A program made the translations under genes and the position numbers. The notes under the pieces are model-generated. The model was not told where the DNA came from, did not search any database, and worked only from the letters and a program-made list of their open reading frames with translations. A DNA stretch of 64,000 bases from Takakia lepidozioides (Eukaryota; Plantae; Bryophyta). The stretch lies in NCBI GenBank assembly GCA_030704615.1, contig CM060734.1:28396001-28460000 (forward strand). Reading direction: 5' to 3'. Shown here piece after piece: positions 35,250 through 49,120 of the stretch. The stretch's first letter is position 1; each line of letters starts with the position of its first letter.

Positions 35250-38200
35250 TCGGCCCCCTAGCTGGTGGATAGGTCCATCTAACTCCAAATAGCTACAAGA
35301 TGTAATAGCCACAACCGTACTAAGTCCTCTATCACTGTCCATATTGTACTCAAACTCTATAGACCAAGAGGCCGGGTACAAGAGTAGCCCCATCGTTAGT
35401 TGTCGTCTTGCAATCTGTAAACTTGAGCCAGGATCTCGTGTGTTCAAGGTCTCTTAGTAACTTGGCCTTGCATTTCTTCTTAGCCTCCCATGGTTGTATC
35501 CACTCCCACTATCCAATGCAATGCGGACATAACCAATCCCCATCAGGAACCATCTCAAGAGGTGGAGTCAAGCATCCCATATGCCAACCTCTAGAGCATC
35601 GATCACACATCAGCATGGTGGCTGCCCCTCTAGCAGACCCACACAACATACACCTCAAACTTGCAGGTACCACTGCCAGGTTTGGGTCAATCCTGCCATC
35701 GACATTCGGAAGGTGACATGGCGCATAATTACGTACATGGTCCTTCCATGTTATGCCATCCCGACCCTCCAAGATCAAGACTCCTGAGGGCAACACCTCT
35801 CGAACCCTCAAAATATTACGTCATGCAGTCACATCCAGGGTCGTAGGAGCAGTCTGCTGCAAATAAACATAGTCACCAGGGTTAAATCTCCGAACCCCAG
35901 GACGATAGCCCCCACCACGTATGGTAGCATACCTCAACGTATCACGATGCTGTGCAATGGCAAGGTTCTCGAAAGCCATGGGCATGACTTTCTTGAACAA
36001 TTCTGCACGCTGATTACATGCACGTGCCCACACGTCCGGATCATCAAGATTGAGAACTGTAGCAGCTTCTGTACAAATGGATGCAGACAAATCTGGCTCT
36101 CGGCCAAAGAGAAGAAAGTATGGTGAGAAAGAGGCAAGTGATGCTTGCTTGCTGAACCTGTAGCCCATGGCTAACCGGGGTAACTGAAGGTCCCAATCTC
36201 CTAGGTGTCCCTTCTGCAAGTCATACTTGCGCAAACCCCTCTTCACTGTCTGAACAACCCTCTCTGCCAAGCCATCGGCCTCAGGATGATCCCGAGAAGT
36301 GGTGCGGTGGTCTACCAAGGCCTGGTCACACAAAGCCTGAAACTCCCCCAAGAACTCTATCCCTTGGTCCGTGAGTAGCTCAGCTGGAGCACCGAATCGG
36401 CTAAGTACACAATCCAAGAATGTATACGCAGCTCCCTCACTAGCTTTATCAGGCAATGGAACCAACTCGATCCACTTGGAGAAGTGCTCCACCATCACCA
36501 ACACGTACTTGTTGTGGCGCATGGTCAGTGGCAACGGCCCTGCGAAGTCAAGACTCCACCTGTAGCCCAATCCCATGATCGGAAGAGGGTGCATTTGTGG
36601 AGTAGGGGCATTGAATGAAGCACGCACCCTGTCACACACCATGCACCTAGCCACAAATTGTTGCACCTATGTGTGCATACCACGCCACCAATACTGCCCC
36701 TGTAGTAGACTATGAGTGCGTCGCACCCCAAAATGCCCCAACTCCTCATAGGCATGCCGCACTAACCGTGCCCGCTGTGTTGGATGAGGCACAATCCTCA
36801 CTCGACCATCCTCCCACACTTGGAGCAGGTGTGTCCCCTCCCACTTGAACCTCTTGGCTCGTTGTAGGATCCGATCCCTCTCCTTGGCAGTCACAGTGGC
36901 TGCCGTGTCTCCAGTGCGGAGGTAGTCCAACACAGCTGAATCCTTATGTATATCTTTGGTGCCACCTTGCTCATTGCTGGCCTCAGGGTCCTCAGACACT
37001 TGATCTACAGTCATCCCTTTTGCAGGTCCAACCTGGCCTTCCGCTGCCAAGATACACAGAATTGCAGATGCATGCCATCCGGGCACCATCTCCTCGTCCG
37101 TCTCACCATGCCACCGAGCTCCAGTGTCATCCTGCTGGCTCGTGCATGGATTGTGACTCAACCCATCTGCATCCCAATTGACTAAACCCGGTCGATGCAC
37201 AACCTGAAAGTCATACTCTTGAAGGATGAGTGCCCACCGTGCAAGCTTCCCCGTAAGCTTGTCTGACTACATCAACCACTTGAGTGGTTGGTGATCCGTG
37301 ACAAGGGTGAAGAGATTGCCGTATAGATAGCACCTGAAGTGTGCCACGACCCATACTGCAGCTAAGCATTCTTCCTCATATGAGCTATACTTAGACTCTG
37401 CAGCGTTGTTCGAGCGGCTAACATAAGCCACTACGAACTCTCTTCCCTCATCATCCACCTGTGTGAGCACCGCTCCAAGCCCCAGCATGCTCCAATCTGT
37501 ATGCAGCTGAAAAGGACGCCCCCTGATAGGTCGTCTCAAGATGGGCACCGAGGTCAACCTCGCCTTGAGTTCTTGGAAAGCTCGTTCTTGCTCATCTTCC
37601 CACTGCCACTCCTGGTCCACCTTGGTCAGCTTGGTTAGAGCCTTTGCAATGGCACTAAATCCCTTGACAAACCGTCTATAATAGTTTGCCAACCCCATGA
37701 AAGCTCAAACTCGACACACATCCGTGGGGCGTGGAATCTGTGCAATGGCCTCTACCTTAGTCTGCTGTACCCCCAATCTTCCAGGATATATCATGTGACC
37801 CAGATACTCAATCTGGTTGTGGAAAAACTTGCACTTCCCCGGATGTAACTTCAATCCGTGCGCCCTCAAGCGCTCAAATACCACCTGAAGGTGTCTCTCA
37901 TGCTCCTCCACCGTAGCACTAAAGATGATGATGTCATCTATGTAGCACCGAGCAAACTCCACCCCTGCTAGAATCCTGTCCATGACTCTCTGAAACTCTG
38001 CAAGAGCGTTCTTAAGCCCAAATGGTAAGAACCGCCACTGGTATAGGCAATCCTTCCCGTGCTCATTGATCCCCCAGAATGTTGTCTTCTGCTTATCCAA
38101 CTCCTTGATCGACAACTGGTGATATCCGGATCGTAAATCCAAAGTGCTAAAGACCTTGGCATGCCCAATGGCATCAAAGATCTCCTCTGGTGTTGGCATG

Positions 38201-41200
38201 GCATACCTATCGAACTTGGTCTGACGATTTACAGGCCAGTAATCACCGCACATACGTCTCTCCGTCCAATTGCCATAGACATCCTTCTTGGCTGACATCA
38301 CTTTGGCTGAAGCATACTCTCCCCCAGATAGCTCCACCAAACCAGCCTCCCAAAGGTCCTGAGTTCTCATCTGAATCAAGGACCTCTCCATGTCACTGTA
38401 TCTATAGGGTCTCCGAAAGATTGGCGTGTCAGTAGCCAATTCAATGCGAATCTCTTGACCCTTCAGTGCTCATAAGTCCTTCAAACTGAAGGCAAAGCAG
38501 TTCCTGTAAGCCCTCAAGAACCGCCATATACGTCGTCTCTCTCCTCCGGTGACTATAGGTCCAACATCAGGCTCCCAGTTGTCCTCCGTGACTGCAACCT
38601 TGAGTCCAGCAGGCTTAGAGGTAGAAGACGCGTCCCGTGGTTGCTATGTTGCAACCTCTTGAGCAGTGACCACTGCCTCCTCTGTCAGCGACAATGTCTC
38701 ATCCTGCCCCATCATCCAATCCTTGAGGACCTCCTCAATCCGAAAAAAATCCCCAACCTGATCCATCACCGCCGCCTTGGCTGCCAACTCTTTCTGAACC
38801 TTGAGCACCTCCCACGTGTGCCATGGATGCGGCCTGCACCTCGTGGTCCTCACCTGTTTGCCCCCACTCGCTGCCTATACCGTCTCGGTAGGCAGGGAGA
38901 CCATAAAGGGAAGTGTACTCCGTATTCTGCGCTGCTCAACCATAGCCAAGCTGATAATCCAGGTCAAGCAATTGAGATCCATTGCTTGCCCCAACACCTG
39001 ACAACGTGATGCCTCAGAAAGAGATGGCACCGCCGTGGTACCAGTGGTAAAACCCATCGCCCGCTCGTGCTCGTTAGCATTGGGCTCCACTAATTGCTGC
39101 AACTGGCTATCCCACAAGAGGCCAGGTCCACCATCCCGGAAAGCATGAGATCCTAGAAAATTGAGTAGTGTAGGCAATGCGGCTCGTGGGTGACCCACCT
39201 TATTGACCACTGCCAAAGGTGATCGGTCATTGTGTCTCACACGCTGAGACTGTCTCCCTATGTCCCAAATGCTATCAACCGTCAGGTGTGGTGGCCGCTG
39301 CATCCCATCAAATGCACAATTGAGCAGTGCAGGTGGCATCAAGTTGGTCCACCATTGTTGTGGGCGATGAGCCCGTGACCCCACTGCAGCTGCGTCCAGC
39401 AACACTGCTAACCCAAGCCAAGACCGCATTTGATGCACACTGGCCATCACCTTGGCCCGAGAATCACCCATCAATGACACATTCTCCAAAATATATGCCG
39501 GAGAGTCTGTCTGCTGAAGCTGTAAATAGCGTAGGACCCTCAACATCTCCCAAAACAGGCGTGACCTTGAGTCTTGTAACCCATTGCCATGCCCGGCTGA
39601 TGAATGCCTTTGGCAGGGCCAACCTGCCACTACCAAATGAATAGGGTCAACTTGCTCCAAATCATGCGCCCCCAGCAAAGAGATGTCTGCTGGCAATGTT
39701 TGTTGGTATCCACGAACTGCAAACACTGGCAACAAATCAGGGTACTACTACACCAACTGAGCAACATGGTGCAATGAGATGCGTCGTGCAGTCTCATCCC
39801 TCTCCACATACAGGTAATGTCGAACTTGTACACCTGCTTGCAGCACTGTAGCCAATCCAGTGCTGATCCCGCCAAACAAGTCCAGAAGGCATATGCCTTC
39901 ATCCGGGCACTACCACACAAGAGGTGTGGTGTCCAATGGCGACAACTGAGGTGGTCCTGGTGCAATCACCGCACTCTCCTCCTCTCCTGACGGTACGAAG
40001 GCCTCTGCCCAGACTTGTTGCACCCGTCTATCAGCAGCCTGCTGCAAATGCTTGCTCGTACCCCACAATGGAGTGTGAGCAACCATGGCAGCAACTCCGC
40101 CATACCATGCATGTCATCCTGCTCTGCTGGAGGTGGCACATCCTTTGCATGGGCATTGCCCTCCAGCAACTCTCCAGGCCAACTAACTGCAGCTATGAAG
40201 GCTGCTAGTGTTGGCATCTTGCCCCGCTGGGCAGCAGTAACACCCCCAATGAATGTCACAGGGAGCTGTACTCGACAACCATCCCCTGACTGTCATCTAG
40301 GCCTGTAGGATGCTGACTCCTCCCAAAAATCCTGGGTGAAGCCCATGGGATATAACACTGCCCCACCAACGAGGACATTGTAAGAGACCGCATCTGTTAC
40401 AATGGCCTTGGCTCGCATCACTGAGCCATCTATAGGATGATCTGGCTGTAGTCTAATGGCCAACTCACGCCATGTCATGCCCCGAGCCTGCTCTGATCCT
40501 CCCAGAGATGTCTGTATCTGGAAAGGACAAAGCTCCATATCCGCCTCCATGAGGCCCAAACCTGCAATAGCAGCTCTGCCCAACATCAGTGGCTGAGCTC
40601 CCGAGTCCAAGAAGACCCGCAGTGGCCGGTACCACTTGCCTGCCGGTCCACTCAAAGAGAAAATGCCATCCTGGTTGTCTAACAAGACAACTCCAGGTGT
40701 CATCATGGCGCGCTCAAAGGCTGGCCTAGCTGGTAGCTCCGTCAACCTCGCAGCTGCAGCTTGCCATGGCGCAGCCGTGGTAGTCTTGACCCTCAAATCC
40801 AAGGATCCCTCTGCCACTACACCCTCCACTAACTCCGCAGAAGATGAAGTGACCTCCCCACTCTCGCACATTGTTGCTGCTAGTCTAAACACTGCAGCTG
40901 GTCTTACCCCCAGCGTCGCGATCATGGTTGCCGAGAACAATGGGGCTTGACACACAGAGGTGGCTGCCCCCAACAACACACTGGCTGCACTAGCCTTGGT
41001 AGCAGGTGTCAGTGTTGCACGTGTAGCTCTTCCCAATTGCACAATAACGGCCTCTGTATCTGTCGGGCGAGAACTAGGTGCCATGGATGTCGTCGACATT
41101 GTCTCCCCCAAGATGAATGATTGAGGCAACCTAGCCTGACGGCTTGCCTCCCCACGCTGTGGATCTAACTCCACCTCTGCACCTCGTGGCTCAGGAACTC

Positions 41201-43330
41201 ATGCTGCTCCTCAAGTGATAGCTGCAGCAGACTCCACCTGCACTAGTGGTAGTGCTGCCCCACACATAAATCCTATGCCTCCCATGTCTCCTCCGTCAAG
41301 ATGACGCTGCTGAGGAGGAACAGGAGGTGGACCCTTAGGTATTGGAGCTGGTACCACCTGAGCTGTGGCCATGGCAGCAAGCCTTTGCTCTAGTTGCTGA
41401 AGCCGGTTGGTCATGCCTTGGTCAACGCCCTGACCTCCATGTCCTTGGCCATACTGTGCTTGCCCTCGTCTTACACCTTGTGCCTGACCACCTCATCCTC
41501 TCTGAGGTGCTCCACCTCGCCCTTGGCCACCATTGTTCCATTGGAACTGGCCTCGCCGCAACTCAGGGTGCAAGTCATAACACTGGGCATCTCCATGCCC
41601 ATACTTGCCACAATGCCCACACTGCAACTATGCAGGCTGTGTTTGTGCCGACTCTTTGCCACTCTCTGGGCAATCTTTCTTGACATGGGGTCCTCCACAT
41701 GTCCAACATACCACCCCTGGTTGCTGTTGGCCTGCAAAAGATGCTACTGGCCTCTGCACCTGAGGTCCCCTGTAAGCTCTATGGAATTTGGGTTGGGCAA
41801 CCTTGCCCCCCTGACCACACTGTTGGGCAGTCTCTTGTGCCTGTTGGCTGGCAGCTGCGCCTCGTGCAGGCATGTCTTTGCCAAATCCAATGGTAATAAC
41901 TCACTCCTCCACCATGTTGAGCTCAATCCGCTCAGCCAGCAGAAACACATCTGCTAATGTGGGTTGGGCCGCTTGTAACAGGGTTGCATCCCGCACCCTT
42001 CTCCTGAGCTCCTTGTCCAAAATTCCATACCAGAACTGGATTGCCCGAGCTTCAGTAACCCCTTGGGTCACACTTATCAAGTGCCTCATACGAGTGTAGG
42101 CCTCTCGCAAGCTCTCACTGGATTTGCGCTGGAAGTCTTGCAAACTTCGCAGCTTCTCTATCCGTACGCCTTGGTAGTTTGTCCGCAACTCCTGGAAGAA
42201 ATCCACCACCGGGTTGAATCTAGGCACATGTGTTGTAGTCGTGGCAGAAAGAGTAGTAGCACCTTTTGAACTGGTACCACCTGCAGAAATACCGACACTA
42301 CTTGTTCCACTACTAATGCTGGCAGTGGGAGATATTGGTGCTGATGCAACTACTGGTCGCGTCGTGCCTCGAGTAATGGAGATGTAGTCAGGTGATCAAT
42401 ACATCCTCCACTCCTCAATCTCTGCTTCATGTCCTCGCCTGAACTCGTGGTAATCGTCCATAGGCGGGCCTTCCAAATGTTGGAACAATCCCTTCCACGC
42501 CATGAATGGGATGAACAGCTGTGGATTGCGCATCTGCTGCAAATCACACTAGCTGTCGAACTCCTGGATAAAGTCATCCAGCTTGATTGTGCCCACAGCT
42601 CCAGAGTACCTACGAGGCCCCTTGGTAGCTCCATACATCTCCTCCATGTCGTCCCACAACAATGGCGAAGGAAACTGCACACTTGTTGATGAAGCCTCCG
42701 AGTCTGTGTCAGACTCTGCACTAGTTGAGGGTGGAGGTGAAGATGGTCTGAACCGAATACCTCGCCTTGTGAACCCACTCTCACTGTTACTGCCTGTAGC
42801 CGTACTCCCCTCAGAACCCTTGGGTATCTCCGTGATGACACTCACAACCCGCACCTCCCCCATGTGACACTATAAGGCTCTAGTACTAATTCTAATAGTG
42901 ACACGGGTGGGCACCTGTTGCAATTTAATGATCATATCCCAGTGGCTCAGGGCACCTGCACCTGCATCCACCGCAAGAACTCCTATGGTTGGCTGGTTAT
43001 CAACCCAGTCTCACCATAGAAGAAACACTGGTGGTCTTGCTAGTCATCACTCCAGCCTCACCACCGACAGCATACTCTAGGATTGATCGGTGATCAAATC
43101 CGGCCTAATCCCTATGAAAGCAAGCGCCCACACAAAACCAACATGGCGCATAGTCAAGCATACAAATGTTGGGGGGGATCCAAACACAAGAAATCAAAAC
43201 ATCGACACCCCCACACCAAAATCCATCTGCAGTGCTGATCCTGCAGAATATCCCAGCCCAAAAACCCCGGACTGACTGGCCTCCACCAAGAGAGGCTTTG
43301 GCAACTACAAGTACAAAGTAATGAAAATAG
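34746..43330 (-). mobile_element. DNMT-PHD gypsy element copy 2 (diverged subfamily, more decayed, 5' end missing)
   Basis: Same domain order on the minus strand: gag 41400-42863, PR 40293..41174, DNMT about 38950-39900 (AGWPCQ, ILENV), RT 37705..38439, RNase H 37267..37698, IN 35821-37200, PHD 35509..35811. 5' boundary approximate. Confidence 0.92.
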
Positions 43331-44879
43331 TAAAGAGAGGGAGGGGAAGAATAGAGGCCCGACCAAGCAAGATCTAATCATGATCTATGCTATCAACTGC
43401 CAGACTTCTCTCAAAGTGCCTCGCTCTGCATGATGGTAAGGTGTAGGAGGTATATCTATGTCCATAAACCTGTTACTAACCTTATCCCAAGCTACAGTAG
43501 CTTGCTCTAACCAACCCTCCTCCTCTCTCTGCCAGGTAGAGACAAAGCAATACTCCCCTATCTCCCGCTCACTGAACACTAAAGAAAATAAAGGTAGGGT
43601 CTGACAGTCTCTCAACTCAAAAGCTTTGAGACGGTTGCGGGTGTCCTCGTTGCGAATGACTGCATCTCCTTCAAGCAGAACAAACTTATCATTGCTAATG
43701 AACCCCCGCTCCTGGTTGCCTTGTGTAGAGCGTGTCCAGCTGCAACCATGTCTGATTGCAAAAACTTGTGTAGTTCCTGCTCCTCTGCTCCAGTACACCA
43801 CGACCTTGTGGCTGAACACCTTGGTCCCCGGGGCTGTCTTTGGCCCTGTCGGTGTCTAACTGCTGGGCAGATCACACACAGCAGATTGATGCTTGTGTGA
43901 AGGGATATCTAGAAAACTGTAAAGTCCGATCAAATTGTTATATCAAGATAAGTCCCACTTCTGGAGTGAGCCCCTCACAAATGTAGTGTCTGTTCCCTCT
44001 TTTTCTGTCCAAACTGGACACCAGGTCTATGGCCACAAGGCTTACGGCAAACAACTGTACATTCTCTCTCTGTTTATATCAAGGTAAGTCCCACCACTAC
44101 TGGACCTCACAAAGATAGTGCATGTTCCCTCATGTTCCACCCAAACTGGGCTACAATGCTACGGCAAACACATTTTATGATTACATTCTCTCTTTCTCTC
44201 ACTTCATTGATGTAATTTGGAATGTGTTCTTGTTGTTCTATTTGCTGAGGGCTTGGGATGTTGTAAGGTTTCTCCATCTCTCTTTCTATCTCTTGGAGCC
44301 CCTCTTGAAGATAGCATCTGTTCCCTCTTGTTCCACCCAAATTGGGCACAAGGTAGGGCCACAAGACAATAGTAAACAACATCTTCTGAGTACAGTCTCT
44401 TTTGGAGCCACTACAGGTTGATCGGAGCAAAGGGAACCCCACCCTTATTAAATATTGTGGGAAGATTGACAACTCTTCCACTACGAGGCAATATGTTATC
44501 ATCTACATTCACTGTATCCTCTCCTTAACATCACATTGGCTGCCAGCAAGGGCTTTTTCCCACAACCCAAAGATCAAGCAAGGAGGACTACTGACTTGTT
44601 GGCTAAAAAGGGTAAGATACCTTGAGCAACATGATCTATGTACAGAGATAATCCCACCTTTTCATCCACCAGCAGATGTCATCCTCACAAAGCAAAGCAG
44701 ACAACATGCTCATATTTTCAGGTGTTCGTCTAGACCGTCCATGTAGTCAAATCAGTTGAAGATTGGGATACAGCTCACACCTTTGTCAATATGACATCAC
44801 AAAAAGATTTCAACCAAATCATAGATCAGAATACGTTCACGTGATTTTGGCAGATAAAAAAGGTGATAGATGGAATCAT

Positions 44880-45999
44880 ACCGCAAGGATCGTTTGGTGG
44901 TCCCGACAGTGGAAGATTCTGCCTGTGCAAAGTACCATTGAGCAATGGTACCACTGATAGTGAACACTTGGACCTGTGTCATGATCACGGCTGATCAGAG
45001 GACAACAAATCCTGAAAGAGTGAGATATGTGGGAAACCATGCTGTTGTCTTCCAGACACAACATGGGTGTTCAGTGCCCCTCCCACAGTGATACTCTGGG
45101 TGGTCAATGATTTCTGGGTTCGGAATTACAGTCCCATTAGTATACGCATAAAACATAAAGGTGACCACAGGGATGCAGAAAAGAAAGATCTCAAACTAAA
45201 GTCAGGCGTAAGATGAACACAAGTGCCAAGTTTTGGTTGAGTGCCTCCGAGGCAGTCTTCACAACTCGAATAGTCAGTTCAACACGCTGCCAGTTGGAAT
45301 AGATGACGTAGATCATCAGCCCGCACATTAGGAGAATAATTATAAACAGAAACATTTGTGCTGATGGATCAAAAGTTTGCCGACACTCTCTGTCTCTCTG
45401 GCAAAGGACGAACCAGGTGATATTCAAGGCAATGGGAAGAAGTACAAAGAAAGGAAGGCTAGCATACACCAGCTCTTTTGTATAAGTCCGAAGAACCCAT
45501 AGCATCCCCAAGGCAAGTGGTGCACTAAAGATTAGTGTAGTCAGGGCTGTAATCAGAGTTGGTTTATTAGAGTTGGACTTAATACTGACAAGTGCTCCCA
45601 CAGAGAAAGATGACTTGTTTCCTTTCAGTATCCTGCCCATATGCAAACGTAGATTTTCGGTTTCCACATGATCCAGGATGGAACATCCATGTCTACGGTC
45701 ATAGTGTGCTGATTCAACCCATTGGTAATCAGGATTGGAGTTGGTTGTCCCATATATCCCAAAACCAAAAGTCACTAGCACAAGCAGCAGGAAGATCATG
45801 GAAAAAGTACTGTCTTGATAAGGCCTCAATCCCATATTATAGCCAAACACTGCCGATCCATCTTGAGAAGAAGGGACAGAGACAACTGCTTCATGCTGTG
45901 TATGAAAATCGCTCCCATTTGAGCTTCCTGATTTGTGCAGTAAAGGCTGCTCAATCCTGAGTTGTCGTCATGTACAGATGGTGCCCCTTTAGCCCCCAT
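44880..45999 (-). pseudogene. Choline transporter-like (CTL/SLC44 family) gene, apparently pseudogenised
   Basis: Multi-TM ORF 45191..45850 (RPYQD, NWQRVELTIRVVKTASEAL) and QVFTISGTIAQWYF; frameshifts near 45950 and 45200, in-frame TGA at 44995-44997; later exons not recognisable. Confidence 0.75.
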
Positions 46000-47453
46000 C
46001 CTAGGCGAATCGTCTGCAATAACACTGCAAGTTACACCACTGAGTACACTGCTTCAAAAGGAAAAGCAACAGCTTTGACCTAGCAATCCAAATGTTCATG
46101 CAAGATTGAGAACCTTACACGAGCTCCAGTTCTCCCTCCAATTCAGTCCACCCCCCTTTAATTTAGTGTCTTCGCAAGCGTGCACAATAACGTCAAAGTT
46201 GTCAGCCTTGCTAGTCTCTTGTTGGCCTTCACAGCTGAGATCACATGCCCAATGGGAATTCAGCATTGTCATAGTGCATACGTACTTTTGGCAAATCAAC
46301 TGATCAAAACCTAACCCTAAATTGAAGATTTGGATCCAGTGCATTCACACTTGTAGGGGTAATACTTTCAATACAAGTGGCTGAAAGCTTTACTTCATGA
46401 AAGCGGTGAACTGGTTGAGAGTACATATCCACATATCGCTGTCACAAAACCCCAGAGTCAGGTTTGGGTGTCAGAAAAGCTTTAGATTTACAAGGGGCGT
46501 AGGTGTTTTGCACAACACTTCGGCCCATTAGTACCTTAGTCACCAATGCGACATTGAATCCAAACAGGATGTCCCCTGACGAGCAAAGATCTGAGAGCTA
46601 GCAAAACATGATGTTAAGGTCTATGACTTGCAGCTGTCAAACTTCTAGAGCTGCAAAATTTTATACCAAGTCTAAGCTCTGTTTGTGGAGCATAGCTGTG
46701 GGGTACCTCCTTAAGGCCTGGCAGCAATGTCAACTAATGTGTCCTACTTGAACTTAAGCCAGTGAAGTTATCCGAGGTCAAAGACACATTAGAGTATCTA
46801 GGCTCCTCTCAAGACAACACTTGAAATTTCATTGGAGCGACAGCGCTGATCCGTGTGATAGATTTTATGAAGTGTAGATTCAAGAATCAAGGAGTGAGTA
46901 TTCAAGAAACAAGGAGTGAGTGTGAGTACACGCAGTGTGGCTCATTCGCTCCTTGAGAACCAAGTACTGACGAAGATGCTACCGTATTCATCCGGTCATC
47001 CCCAAAAAACTTTCTAACTCAAAAGGACTCGTGACTGTAGTTGACATCTGTTGATCGCATGGGTATTTTACAGGGATCGAGAGGAAGGTTGTTTCATGCT
47101 CATCTGAAAACTTTTTCCAACAATTGAAACGACACCCACTAAACCAGAGGCCAAACCCTTTCCTTCCATAATGTACAGATCACATAGCCTTCTTTGTTTC
47201 ACTAGCAAATGTAATGGGGGAGAGAAAATTCCACTCCACCCCCTACCTTCCATCGCACAAATTAGCATGCCATCGGTTGTTCATACATAAAAATAGTGGA
47301 CGACGGTCATCCCCGGAAATCGCACATAGCAACAAAAGGAAAAAATTGAAGACTTTTAGAAAGAATCCTTGACGCGGGGTACCAATACGATAAAAGCTAG
47401 GCATCCCTCACTGATTGGCACACATTATGTACGATTATCCTTGATAGATCACA

Positions 47454-47628
47454 AAGAAGTATGACGCCTTCCAAAGGGAGCGTAACTTATGGTGTCTCTT
47501 CACCACAAGGGCTACTGCCTTCCAGCTGAAAGGTGGACACCTTCATGACACACCAGACCGTGGTTTGTACCCACAACCACATCCAACGTGGTATGTGCCC
47601 ATTACCATTGGTGGTTCTCAACACATGC
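47454..47628 (-). mobile_element. tRNA-derived SINE, copy 2 (altered 5' end)
   Basis: Reverse complement of copy 1; 12-bp TSD TGATAGATCACA (47442-47453 / 47629-47640). Confidence 0.88.
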
Positions 47629-48280
47629 TGATAGATCACACATGATAGTAGATAGTCATCGGATCCATCCGTCAGAAGACATTGCAAACTTCCTCTGCGA
47701 TGATGCATGTAGAAATTCTAAATGGATAAGATTCCAATCTCTCATCCTCTAGTATCCCCCTAAAGCCCCGCCTTTGATATCACCAAAACATGAATGTCCA
47801 CGGATCACAGAGATGTACCTGGTCAAGATAGAAGGTATGTCAGATTCACTTGACCACGCACACTTGACGCGGCTCACACCGCATTTCCCGCCATAGCCCC
47901 TCCAAATTGTCGAGGAAACATTACATTGTGCATTCATGAGAGAGGCATCCACGCACGTAGATTCTAGAGGGAAACCTTCCACCCAAAAGCCCTCTCGTTA
48001 GGGCTCGCACGAGGTGGTCCTAGGCTCAAATTCCGGATGTGGCATTGTCTGCTTCTCCGCCCTCTTCAAGTCTGACTTCACCACGATGCTTGTGGCAATG
48101 TGGGTCGTAATAGTTATGTGGCCTCGAACTATCTATCCGAGTCTTGGTTGGGCAGAGGAGTCTGGGATTCATAAGCAAGTAGATTTGAGCCGAGGACCTA
48201 TTGTATTGGGAAACAGTGTTCTGTAACCCATCAGTCAGCTCTGACTTTCATGCAGTGAGAGCGAGGTAGAGACTAGAGAC

Positions 48281-49120
48281 CACTGTTGGGTGGTTATTTA
48301 TATTTTTTGCGAACAGGCGGTTGCGGTTACATTGGAACTCAAGACAACCAGCATGTAGCCCAGTGGTAATGGGCACATACCACGTTGGATGTGGTTGTGG
48401 GTTCAAACCACCATCTAGTGTGTCATGAAGGTGTCCACCTTCTTGTTATAAGAGGTAAAAAATAAAAAAAGGTTGGACTAAATTTTTATTAAAAAAAAAA
48501 AAAAAAAAACTCAATATTGAAAGAACCTTGTAGGCCGGTTACTTCAATTTATTGACTTTCTAATAACCTGCCAGTTGCGATTAAGAGTGACATGTTTTTT
48601 GGCCGGGTACCCATAAATCCGGTTATCATTTTTGCTATAACTGAGGGTTATACAACCGGTTATGTATATTTTATTTATTTGGTTAAAAAGGAATATGAAA
48701 TTATAGCTGAAACTTCTATCAATCATAAATATATTTTCAAGCGTGCATCAGTAGAGCTGGCCTGCAGATATATTTTTAGATATATGACACATGCATTTGG
48801 AATTAATCCCTGGCAAGCTCATTCATGAATTTAGCCCATGACTCACACCTCATAACCGCCACTCATAACCTTAGATTATTAGACCCAATATATATATTCA
48901 TAACCGTCCACTTAAAAAACACCCAATCGGTTGTCTATATCAATTTTTAAAATTTTGACCTCCGCCGGTTACTATTGGGACTGTTGTTTGTATGCCTACA
49001 CTCTGCCTGTTCCTAACGGGAGTGGTTATTTCAATTTTTCATCTCCGGCGGTTATATATATATAACCGGATAGATAATCAACTGTTATTAGAGACAAGAA
49101 TAAATAATCGCCCAACATTG
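48281..49120. mobile_element. Non-autonomous hAT-like element (840 bp)
   Basis: TIRs CACTGTTGGGTGGTTATTTAT vs CAATGTTGGGCGATTATTTAT (reverse complement of right end); 8-bp TSD CTAGAGAC/GTAGAGAC (7/8); AT-rich body with repeated TAACCG/CGGTTA motifs. Confidence 0.75.
48343..48441 (+). mobile_element. SINE copy 3, 5' half only, nested in the hAT-like element
   Basis: Matches the first about 100 bp of copy 1 including A and B boxes. Confidence 0.85.

Noticed and set aside
43385-43819. 144-aa ORF as a CTL exon or separate gene
   Set aside because: No recognisable motif or transmembrane character, non-ATG start.
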